DNA from: Candidatus Borrarchaeum weybense
GTDB taxonomy: Archaea > Asgardarchaeota > Sifarchaeia > Borrarchaeales > Borrarchaeaceae
Reading direction: 5' to 3'
Assembly (NCBI GenBank): GCA_019057385.1
Contig: JAHQJS010000007.1
Coordinates: 288,001 to 352,000 of the forward strand
Length of the DNA: 64,000 nucleotides
This document shows positions 11,272 through 19,535 of this stretch, in pieces; within the stretch, counting starts at the first letter, position 1; the number at the start of each line of letters is the position of its first letter. Position numbers and translations under genes: made by a program. The notes under the pieces were generated by a model. It ran no database searches. It saw only the letters and a list, made by a program, of their open reading frames with translations, and was not told the origin of the DNA.

Positions 11272-12504
11272 TCAAGATTTATTATTTACAAACGTGAATT
11301 CATCAGCAACTTTTTCTAATAATTCCCTGTCAAATGCAACAACTCTTCCTTTCTTAGAAAGCTTTGGGAAAAGCATTGTAAAATATTTCTTTGCTAACAC
11401 CTTTTTTACCACATCTTCGTCCATTCCAGTAATATGGGCAATTTCATGTAAAGCGTATGGACGACGATCCTTTTCAAAACGTTCAAAAAATCGTATAACA
11501 AACTCACGGTTATCAGAAAATGCAAGTCTCAAAGCATTATGTATCATTTGACTAGTTGCACTAATCATCCATTTTAAGCGCGTTACTTCAATTTCCAGAG
11601 CTTCCAGTTTCTGAGGAGGTTCAACATTTTCTTCGTTATCATTTTTTTTACATATCTTTGTAGTACTTGTCTGCAAACCGCCATGATTTATGTTTACGAG
11701 TTGTTGATATGACTCCTCAAGATCTTTTTCAATTATTTCCTTCCTATTTTCATAAATTGCCTGATATGCAGCCCCTTGAACAAGTTTTTTAAGATCTTCT
11801 CCAGAAAAGCCGCCTGTTACTTCATCTGACGAATAATTATGAAGAAGATTTTCTAAATCAATTGTGGAGTCAAGCTTCGTTTTTTCAAGATATTTCTTCA
11901 ATAAATTATATCGCACATTTTCGTCTAATTCATCAATAACAATCTGATAATCGAAGAAGTTGAGAAGCCCTTCTTCTTTAATCGGGTAACTAATAACTGC
12001 GACTAAAAGTCTAGGATCGTTTTTGTAAATAACATTAAATTCTTTTATAAATTGGTAAATGATTCTGCGAATACTTTCAATATCATCCATAGTAAATAAG
12101 TCAGTTGGTTCGAAATCCTCTAAAAGTATGATACATGGGCCAATATCTTTTACAACGGTATGAAGTCTATTTAAAATCAGTTTGATGTCGGTTGGGTTAG
12201 GAAATGTAATGAGTAGATCTGCAACATTCATTTCAACAAGAGGTAGTTTTTCCTTTTTTGCTAGTGCTTTTACAAGTGAAGTTTTGCCCATACCAGGTAA
12301 ACCGACAATAAGTGCAGTCCCTCCTGCTTTTATCTCCCATTCCTTTAGTTGTTCTACATTATCTTTGTGAATTGTCTTGATAATGCTTATAAGTTGCTTC
12401 TTTGCTTCTTCAAGACCAATAATTTCATCGATAGCCTCGGTATGTATTTCTTCTTCTGGGAGATATACTCGGAATCCCTCTTTTAATGCTTGGCTTTCTG
12501 TCAG
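11272..12504 (-). CDS. AAA+ ATPase-like protein (classical AAA clade, degenerate catalytic motifs) with C-terminal coiled coil/HTH-like region; CTG start
   Basis: Frame stays open 71 codons upstream of the ORF-track start and includes DEIIGLEEAKKQL and the full Walker A GLPGMGKT. CTG at 12504-12502 lies 6 nt after GGGGTG. Confidence 0.8.
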   Translation of the reverse strand: MTESQALKEGFRVYLPEEEIHTEAIDEIIGLEEAKKQLISIIKTIHKDNVEQLKEWEIKAGGTALIVGLPGMGKTSLVKALAKKEKLPLVEMNVADLLITFPNPTDIKLILNRLHTVVKDIGPCIILLEDFEPTDLFTMDDIESIRRIIYQFIKEFNVIYKNDPRLLVAVISYPIKEEGLLNFFDYQIVIDELDENVRYNLLKKYLEKTKLDSTIDLENLLHNYSSDEVTGGFSGEDLKKLVQGAAYQAIYENRKEIIEKDLEESYQQLVNINHGGLQTSTTKICKKNDNEENVEPPQKLEALEIEVTRLKWMISATSQMIHNALRLAFSDNREFVIRFFERFEKDRRPYALHEIAHITGMDEDVVKKVLAKKYFTMLFPKLSKKGRVVAFDRELLEKVADEFTFVNNKS

Positions 12505-12580
12505 TTCTTACACCCCATTGAAAGAATTCTTGCTGAACGAGCTCCAATCTATTATCTTCAGAATATATCTGATAGATCCC

Positions 12581-12599
12581 TACAAACTTTAAAAATCTT
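12581..12599 (-). promoter_or_regulatory. Probable BRE/TATA promoter of the AAA-smc-scpA-scpB operon (identical 19-mer at 14506-14524, + strand)
   Basis: AAGATTTTTAAAGTTTGTA on the minus strand, about 80 nt upstream of the CTG. Confidence 0.45.
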
Positions 12600-12933
12600 C
12601 TATAAAAAAACTATATATCATTTTGAGTCCTTTACATTCCAAAAAAATTCTGACATTAAGTTTAATTTATGTTTAACTGAAATGAACAGTATAGTACATA
12701 AAAAAATAGTCAATTTGTCGCCCTTTCGTTTGGAGAAATTTACATGAAATTGTCATATAAAAGGATTTCAGAACTTGCATACAGCAAAAACTGTACTATT
12801 TTTCTTTGGAAAGGAAGTGTTTTGATGATACGGAGCCTTTAGCGAAAAATATATCTTATTTTTCATCTCATATTGTCTTTGATTGTCTTTGAAAATTCGT
12901 GATGCCGTTTTTTAATGGCAGCAGACGTTTACT

Positions 12934-13377
12934 TCATGTAAGTAAGTCTTCAATGAGCTTTTCTCTAGCAGTTTTTAAAGTAATCCCACTCATACCAACA
13001 ATTTCATCGATTTCAGCATTTAGTTGCTCTAGAAGTGAAATTTCTACTAAATCGCCTTTAATTCCAGCAAATTTTGCAGAGAATTTTTCCCAAATTTGCT
13101 GAGCTAACAACAGTGTTTTGGTTTTCAAAAACTCATAAGGCACGTTTTGATCGTCAACAGTAATTACTACTAAATGATTATTCTCAAATGGAAAAATGAA
13201 TGTCCTATATCCTTGACATTTAAATTCCTCAAGAACCAATCCAAAAGAGCATCTAACAAATTCTGAAATTGCTGAAATAAAGCTACCAAGTAGTTCTGGA
13301 TTAGTTTCCAGTTGCCAATAAGATCGATTGAATACACATATGCCTCCTTCTTGAAGTATTGCAATTACTTGTGTCAT
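12934..13377 (-). CDS. Longin/roadblock-like domain protein (Asgard-type eukaryotic signature protein)
   Basis: IAILQEGGICVFNRSY...PELLGSFISAISEF pattern matches the longin beta-hairpin-helix start. Confidence 0.65.
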   Translation of the reverse strand: MTQVIAILQEGGICVFNRSYWQLETNPELLGSFISAISEFVRCSFGLVLEEFKCQGYRTFIFPFENNHLVVITVDDQNVPYEFLKTKTLLLAQQIWEKFSAKFAGIKGDLVEISLLEQLNAEIDEIVGMSGITLKTAREKLIEDLLT

Positions 13378-13716
13378 ATTCTCGCCTCTTATAATCATTA
13401 AGTAGTATACTATAATATCTCTAAGATCGTATTCCCCTGATCGAATGAAATCTTCTTATCAAATCTATAGCTTAGATCAATCTCACATTATTCTTGGAGC
13501 TATTATTTAAGAATTTTCTCAGAAAATCTTCCGCGAGAAGATTTAGACTTCACTTAAAGAAACAGGTTATATGTCGACAATTGAGCCTGCTCCTTCTATT
13601 TTAATATTTATACGAATTCATATTGTACTAGATTTTTCTAAAATATAATGTAAAGATTTGGATCACCAAAAGGACTAAATATTTGTTCTTAATAAAACCG
13701 TAAAATAAATTCAAAG

Positions 13717-14409
13717 ATGATGCATATGCAAATTTCAGATGTTAAAATAAAGAAAGATATAGAAATTCAACCAAACGATGCTCTAATTATAATCGATATG
13801 CAAAATGATTTTATGCCTTCTGGAGCCTTACCTGTTGCAGAAGGAGATATTATTATATCTGATGTTAATCAATTAGCTGAAAAATTTCACAATACTGGAA
13901 ATTGTATTGTCCTAACCCAAGATTGGCATCCTACAGGTCATCATTCTTTTGCAAGCGCGCATGAGGGAAAAGAACCTTATGAACCATATTCTACGGAAGG
14001 AATTGGTCCGATCCTTTGGCCTGATCATTGTGTTCAAGGTACTACTGGCGCAGATTTCCATCCTGACTTAGATACTACGTTTTCAAATGCCATTATCCAC
14101 AAAGGAACTAATCCAAAGATTGATAGTTATTCAGCCTTTTTAGAAAATGATAAAAAGACTGAAACAGGTCTTTCAGGATATTTACGTACTTTAGGTGTTA
14201 AGAGGATCTTTGTTTGTGGCTTAGCATTAGACTATTGTGTCTTCTCAAGTGCAATAGATGGAAAAAAACTAGAATTTGAAGTTGTGTTTGTTATTGATCT
14301 TACTAAGCCTGTTGGAGCACCCGAAGGTATTGTTTCAAATGTATTGGAAGAAATGACAAAAGAAGGTATTATATTTACAAACTCAGGAGAAATTCAAAAA
14401 CATCAATAG
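13717..14409 (+). CDS. pncA: Nicotinamidase/pyrazinamidase
   Basis: IIDMQNDF, QDWHP, WPDHCVQ, DSYSAF and GLALDYCV motifs. Confidence 0.93.
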   Translation: MMHMQISDVKIKKDIEIQPNDALIIIDMQNDFMPSGALPVAEGDIIISDVNQLAEKFHNTGNCIVLTQDWHPTGHHSFASAHEGKEPYEPYSTEGIGPILWPDHCVQGTTGADFHPDLDTTFSNAIIHKGTNPKIDSYSAFLENDKKTETGLSGYLRTLGVKRIFVCGLALDYCVFSSAIDGKKLEFEVVFVIDLTKPVGAPEGIVSNVLEEMTKEGIIFTNSGEIQKHQ

Positions 14410-14563
14410 ACCACCTTGTAGTTGTTCCATACAAGTTAACTTTCCAATTCTTTTATCTAATTGCTTCTAGTAGCTTAGAGTTGTTCAGAAGATTTTTTGT
14501 ATGAAAAGATTTTTAAAGTTTGTAAGATAGCGATGTTTAATAAAAATGTAGAGGCATCAAATA

Positions 14564-15073
14564 TTGTATCCCTTTGGTCATCTTGGATTTACTCTTGCCT
14601 TTTTCCATTCGTCATCTTCTCTACGCGAAAAAATCAATTCGTATGCCCTAGCTTTTGGGGCTCTTCTTCCTGATATTATTGACAAGAGTTTTGGTCAATT
14701 TGTTTTTCAGCATGGTAGATTCATTGGCCATAGTCTAGTTATTGGTACTACTATATGTTTCCTAGTTGGCATTTTACTGAAATCTTTTGGAAAAGACAAA
14801 CGATTAGCCTCATCACTATATTTTGGTTGGATTGCTCATTTAATTGAAGATACTGGTGGTTTTCTCCCTTGGCTCTATCCGATTATTCAATACGACTTCC
14901 CGTATTCAACATTGGACCCATTTAGGATTTTATCTTCACCTTACGCCCTTACTTGCGAAGTAATGGGTATTATTTTGCTTGGACTTCTTGCCTACAGGTA
15001 TGGTTATATAACTATCATTAAAGAGCATGGTCTTGGTGCTCTTATTCGCGTATTCTTAGACGATTTGAAGTGA
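14564..15073 (+). CDS. Membrane metal-dependent hydrolase (YdjM-like)
   Basis: PFGH, GALLPDIIDK, GRFIGHSL and HLIED motifs. Confidence 0.8.
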   Translation: MYPFGHLGFTLAFFHSSSSLREKINSYALAFGALLPDIIDKSFGQFVFQHGRFIGHSLVIGTTICFLVGILLKSFGKDKRLASSLYFGWIAHLIEDTGGFLPWLYPIIQYDFPYSTLDPFRILSSPYALTCEVMGIILLGLLAYRYGYITIIKEHGLGALIRVFLDDLK

Positions 15074-15384
15074 GCGACCTCGTGCTAAAGCCTCGAGGCT
15101 TCCTGCTTCAACGACAGACTCGATCCCCTGGCGGGTTACGGAGGTCTTATCTCCACAGGCTTAACATCCCTACGCCCCGTAGGTACGGCTAACGATGGTG
15201 AGGCAATCGGAGTATGCACCTTGTTTGCAAGTGTGCGCATTATCCCTCCAATTGTTATTGATACCTTCCTCATACCACCTATATAACGTTAAGGAGACCC
15301 ATCGATGCACGTGATGAAAGTGAATACTCACTCACGCAATTCATCACCACGCTGAAGCTGTGGTGCTTTCTTTCTCAGCTACTA
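15070..15384 (-). mobile_element. Non-autonomous IS200/IS605 derivative, copy 1 (315 bp): left end, promoter, TnpB-type omegaRNA/right end
   Basis: On the minus strand: target TTAC, then AAAG + hairpin CACCAC-N9-GTGGTG; right end GGAAGCCTCG..CGAGG..TCAC. Near-identical copy at 38766-39080. Confidence 0.85.
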
Positions 15385-15520
15385 GTAAACCATACTGCCC
15401 AAAAGGAAGGAATCTCCTTGAGTATCATTCTTAAACGGAGCTTATTTATAAACGCCTTTTACAATATGTGAGTATTGCTCTAACAAAAGCATAAAATAGG
15501 TATTTGGAGGTGTTCCTAAA

Positions 15521-16174
15521 GTGGTAGAAGTTATTTGGCATGGACATTCATGCTTTGAATTGCGAGGAAATGGTCTAACAATCGTTCATGATCCTTTTGG
15601 GAGTGTTCCGGGAATTGCTGATCCTAAAGCTGAAGCGGACATAATTCTGTGCTCACATTCACATTGGGATCATAATAACGCAGATGCGGTTAAGAAGGAA
15701 GATTCAGAAATTTTGGAAGAATTTGCTGGGACAAAGAATCTAAAAAGACTTGAAATTAGGGGAATTGGGACATTTCATGACGAGAAGAGAAAAGGTTCAC
15801 GAGGAAAAAATAGTGTTTATGTTTATCAATTGGAAAGTGTAACTTTTTGCCATCTAGGCGATTTAGGTCATGACCTGAATGATGAAGAGGTTAGTGCAAT
15901 AGGGCAAGTCGATGTATTATTTATACCAGTGGGTGGGTTTTTCACTATTGGACCTGATGTTGCTACTTCAGTAGTAGTTAAGCTAAATCCAAGAATAAAT
16001 ATTCCAATGCATTATCGAGCTCCCATGATGGGTGGAATGTTTAGCTCTTTAAAGCCTGTAGATGATTTTATTAAAGATAAGGAAAACATTCAACAATTAG
16101 ATGGGCCATCAATTCAAATTACAAAAGATACACTTCCAGAAGTGACTACGCATATTTTACTCAAATTCTGGTAA
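15521..16174 (+). CDS. MBL-fold metallo-hydrolase (UlaG-like)
   Basis: WHGHSCF, SHSHWDH, HLGDLGH and IPMHY motifs. Confidence 0.9.
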   Translation: MVEVIWHGHSCFELRGNGLTIVHDPFGSVPGIADPKAEADIILCSHSHWDHNNADAVKKEDSEILEEFAGTKNLKRLEIRGIGTFHDEKRKGSRGKNSVYVYQLESVTFCHLGDLGHDLNDEEVSAIGQVDVLFIPVGGFFTIGPDVATSVVVKLNPRINIPMHYRAPMMGGMFSSLKPVDDFIKDKENIQQLDGPSIQITKDTLPEVTTHILLKFW

Positions 16175-16241
16175 CTAATTCAGAGCTCAAACTTTTTCTT
16201 TTTTTAAACAAATCTTGAAGTCTGCGCGTATAGTGCTATTT

Positions 16242-16652
16242 TCATATCTCTTGGAAAACTTTCGCAAGGGATTCACCTCGAACGTGGATCGAAAATTCAT
16301 AAAAGTATCCAAAAGGTGTGACATGCACTTTTATGCCTCGTTTTTCCAGTTTTTCTTTAACAACCTTAAAAACTTCCATTGCGAATTCTGGAGATGATTT
16401 ATTTGATGATAGATGGGCAAATGAATGTAAAACCACTATATTTTTATCAATCTTATTTAGATACCACCTTAAATTTCTAACTGTACGGTTTATTACTTTA
16501 TTCTTTCTGTCCTCATCTTTAGATTCAACGTGAATGAAAAAAACAGCGGTATTTTCTATCTTCTCTTCTTTTTTTATATCATCTACATTTTCTAAAGTTT
16601 TCTTAAAAGTTTTGTACCAGAAATATTCAGTATCGAACATCAGTATCTTCAT
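16242..16652 (-). CDS. Free-standing archaeal-type threonyl-tRNA synthetase editing domain
   Basis: VLHSFAHLS, TPFGYF and VRGESLAKV motifs; 136 aa. Confidence 0.85.
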   Translation of the reverse strand: MKILMFDTEYFWYKTFKKTLENVDDIKKEEKIENTAVFFIHVESKDEDRKNKVINRTVRNLRWYLNKIDKNIVVLHSFAHLSSNKSSPEFAMEVFKVVKEKLEKRGIKVHVTPFGYFYEFSIHVRGESLAKVFQEI

Positions 16653-16789
16653 ATTAAAACCTCAAAATTGCCTAAACTCAATAATATTTCACGTTCCATT
16701 TCGCTTTTTGAATGAATTAGTTAATAGCCAAAAACATATCAACTTTGACACCAATTATCGGTATAATTTAAAAAAGGAAGGATCAATGT

Positions 16790-17983
16790 ATGGATTCAGC
16801 TAAACTTCAAAGATATTGTGGTATATCTCGAAACATAGAAGAATCTTTTATTAATATTCACCCGATTCAGAGAGGTGGCGTATTAACTGCTGAAGCCAAG
16901 AAAGTTCTATTGGATTTCGGTGATGGCTATTCAATGTGTGATTTCTGTTTCGAAGCACGAATTGTTACTGTTAAGAAACCACCTGTTGTAGATTTTATAC
17001 AGGATCTAGCAAAATTTCTAGATGTTGATGAAGTGCGACCAACTGCAGGAGCAAGACATGCAAAAAGAGCTGTGATGGAGGCTATAACCGAACCTGGAGA
17101 CACAATAGTCCTTGATAGTTTGGCACATTATACCACTTATATTACAGCAGAAGCGGCAAAACTGAATGTTAAAGAGGTTCCTCATAGTGGATATCCTGAT
17201 TTTCTGCTAAATGTAGAAGATTATGCAGCAAAAATTGAAGAAGTTGAGGATTCAACGGGTAAACTCCCTGCCCTTGTAGTTTTAACGCATGTAGATTATA
17301 ATTATGGCAACCTAAGTGATGTTAAAAGTGTTGCTGAGATCTCACACAAATATGGAGTCCCCTTCTTACTAAATGGAGCATATACTGTCGGCATTATGCC
17401 TGTCTCAGGTCGCAATTTAGGTGTAGACTTTCTTGTAGCTAGCGGTCACAAATCGATGAGCGCTTCAGCTCCAATTGGGTTGCTTGGAACGACATCAGAA
17501 TGGGCAGAAAAGATCTTCGAGAGATCGAAAATAAAAGGAGACTGGAGTGGAAGGACTTTTGGGGCAAAAGAAATTCATATTTTGGGTTGTCCGCCTGTCT
17601 TTGGACCACCTTTAGCAACTTTGATGGCAAGTTTTCCAAAAGTTGTTGAACGCGTTAAGCATTGGGACAAGGAAGTTGAAAAAGCCCGTTACTTTTCAGA
17701 AAGCATACAAAAAATTGATGGAATTAAACAACTTGGAATTAAACCAAAGGAGCATACTTTAGTCCATTTTGAGAGCCCAAGTTTTCATGATGTTGCTCAA
17801 CATCATAAAAGGAAAGGATTCTTCATTTATGACGCACTTAAAAAAAGAAAAATAATGGGAGTCCATCCAGGGCTTTCAAAAAGCTTCAAAGTCAATACTT
17901 TCAATCTTTCATGGGACCAAATTAAGTATGTGGTCGAAACCTTTCAGGAAATTGCGGAACAAAATGGTATCACAGTTCAATAA
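16790..17983 (+). CDS. pscS: O-phospho-L-seryl-tRNA:Cys-tRNA synthase (SepCysS)
   Basis: INIHPIQRGG, GDGYSMCDFC, AHYTT, PLP lysine in SGHKSM, ILGC. Confidence 0.95.
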   Translation: MDSAKLQRYCGISRNIEESFINIHPIQRGGVLTAEAKKVLLDFGDGYSMCDFCFEARIVTVKKPPVVDFIQDLAKFLDVDEVRPTAGARHAKRAVMEAITEPGDTIVLDSLAHYTTYITAEAAKLNVKEVPHSGYPDFLLNVEDYAAKIEEVEDSTGKLPALVVLTHVDYNYGNLSDVKSVAEISHKYGVPFLLNGAYTVGIMPVSGRNLGVDFLVASGHKSMSASAPIGLLGTTSEWAEKIFERSKIKGDWSGRTFGAKEIHILGCPPVFGPPLATLMASFPKVVERVKHWDKEVEKARYFSESIQKIDGIKQLGIKPKEHTLVHFESPSFHDVAQHHKRKGFFIYDALKKRKIMGVHPGLSKSFKVNTFNLSWDQIKYVVETFQEIAEQNGITVQ

Positions 17984-18079
17984 TAGGCTATTCTGAGAAT
18001 AAAACTTATGTGGGAGAAAATCTCCTTCCAGCATACAGATGAGTTCCCTTTGTTATTGCCGCAAGTAAAGGACTTTTAT

Positions 18080-19458
18080 AATATCTCCGCAAGAAGACCC
18101 ACCCAACGTGTTGGGGGGATGAAGTGCGTGTTGTGACTGGTTTCACTTTCACGGTAGTGTCCCCCAGTTTAAATAGCTGTTTGCGGATACTAACTATCGT
18201 TAGTGATATGAAGCTCAGGGGAACAGAGGAAGACCTGTGATGAAACGCACGTACAAATTTCGCCTGTATCCCACCGCACTGCAACAGGCGACCTTAAGGC
18301 AATGGCTGACTACCTGTCGCCTGTTGTATAATAACGCGCTTGCCGAACGAAAAGAGACCTGGCACAGGCAGCAACAGTCAGTCAGTTATTATGAGCAAGC
18401 CAGCCACTTGAAAGCGGCAAAACAGACCGATCAGTTGTTGCAGGAGATGCATTCGCAGGTACTACAAGACGTGCTTAGAAGACTGGATAAGACCTTTAAG
18501 AATTTTTTTCGGCGAATTAAAAAGGGGGAACACGCTGGCTACCCACGCTTTAAAGGGAAATACCGGTATGATTCCTTCACCTACCCACAAAGTGGGTTCG
18601 CCCTCGATTACCACAACAAGAAACTTCGGCTCTCGAAAATTGGAGATATCACGATTAAATTACACCGTCCTATCCCTTCTGAAGGCGTGATCAAGACCTG
18701 TACCATTACACGCGATATTGACCACTGGTATGCCTGTTTTGCAGTAGCACTTCCTGATCCTGCTCCTGGAACTCAGCAAAGAGCCATAAAGAGCGCGATA
18801 GGTGTGGATGTGGGGCTTAAGAGTTTACTGACGTTAAATAATGGAGAAACAATAGCTAACCCACGCTGGTTCAGAAAATCGGAGAAGAAATTAGCCAAAG
18901 AACAGCGAAGGAAAGATAGGAAGCAGAAAGGGTCACATAATCGTCATAAACAGAACAGGAAGGTGGCACAGGTGCACCGGAAGATCCGCAACCAACGGAA
19001 TGACTTTCATCACAAGCTCAGTCGGAAACTGGTCGATGCCTATGACCTCATCGTCTATGAGAATCTTACCATTACCAACATGGTGAAAAACCATCATCTC
19101 GCCAAGTCGATTAGTGACGCCGGCTGGGGGCAACTCATGTGTTTTACCGAGTACAAAGCGGAGGAAGCTGGTACTGTAGTAGAATATGTGAGTGCCTATA
19201 ATACCACACAACTGTGTAGCCAGTGCGGGAAGCTGGTGCCGAAAACCCTGGCAACACGAATCCACAGTTGCCCTTACTGTGGACTGGTGTTAGCGAGAGA
19301 TCATAATTCAGCCATCACGGTGTTACACCGATCAACCCACTATATAGAAGCACGCTCATCATCATCAGGGCAGGAACTGCCCGTAGAGCCTGGTTGACAT
19401 GTCCCGCTGGGGAATGGATGATTCAGGAAGCCACCCTACTTGTTGGGTGGTAGTTCAC
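18080..19458 (+). mobile_element. IS200/IS605 (IS1341-type, tnpB-only) element
   Basis: Target TTAT (18076-79), then AAGA + hairpin CCCACCCAACGTGTTGGGGGG; right end GAAGCCACCCTACTTGTTGGGTGGTAGTTCAC; higher GC than the flanks. Confidence 0.85.
18237..19397 (+). CDS. tnpB: RNA-guided endonuclease TnpB
   Basis: YKFRLYP HTH, GYPRFK, RuvC residues GVDVG / YENL / RDHNSA, zinc finger CSQC..CPYC. Confidence 0.95.
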   Translation: MMKRTYKFRLYPTALQQATLRQWLTTCRLLYNNALAERKETWHRQQQSVSYYEQASHLKAAKQTDQLLQEMHSQVLQDVLRRLDKTFKNFFRRIKKGEHAGYPRFKGKYRYDSFTYPQSGFALDYHNKKLRLSKIGDITIKLHRPIPSEGVIKTCTITRDIDHWYACFAVALPDPAPGTQQRAIKSAIGVDVGLKSLLTLNNGETIANPRWFRKSEKKLAKEQRRKDRKQKGSHNRHKQNRKVAQVHRKIRNQRNDFHHKLSRKLVDAYDLIVYENLTITNMVKNHHLAKSISDAGWGQLMCFTEYKAEEAGTVVEYVSAYNTTQLCSQCGKLVPKTLATRIHSCPYCGLVLARDHNSAITVLHRSTHYIEARSSSSGQELPVEPG

Positions 19459-19535
19459 ATCCGTCGTACTATGTGCTTTTCGAAAACTTATTATATTCAA
19501 ACTTTTTATCATGTTACAAATCGTAAGGAGGAAAA

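Noticed and set aside
6441-12504. Wadjet/MksBEFG anti-plasmid system
   Set aside because: No JetD/TOPRIM nuclease gene, and the SMC has a condensin-type head and hinge
15100-15240. Mini-ORF with SD inside the 315-bp element
   Set aside because: The ATG is ATA in copy 2; it looks like a tnpB deletion remnant
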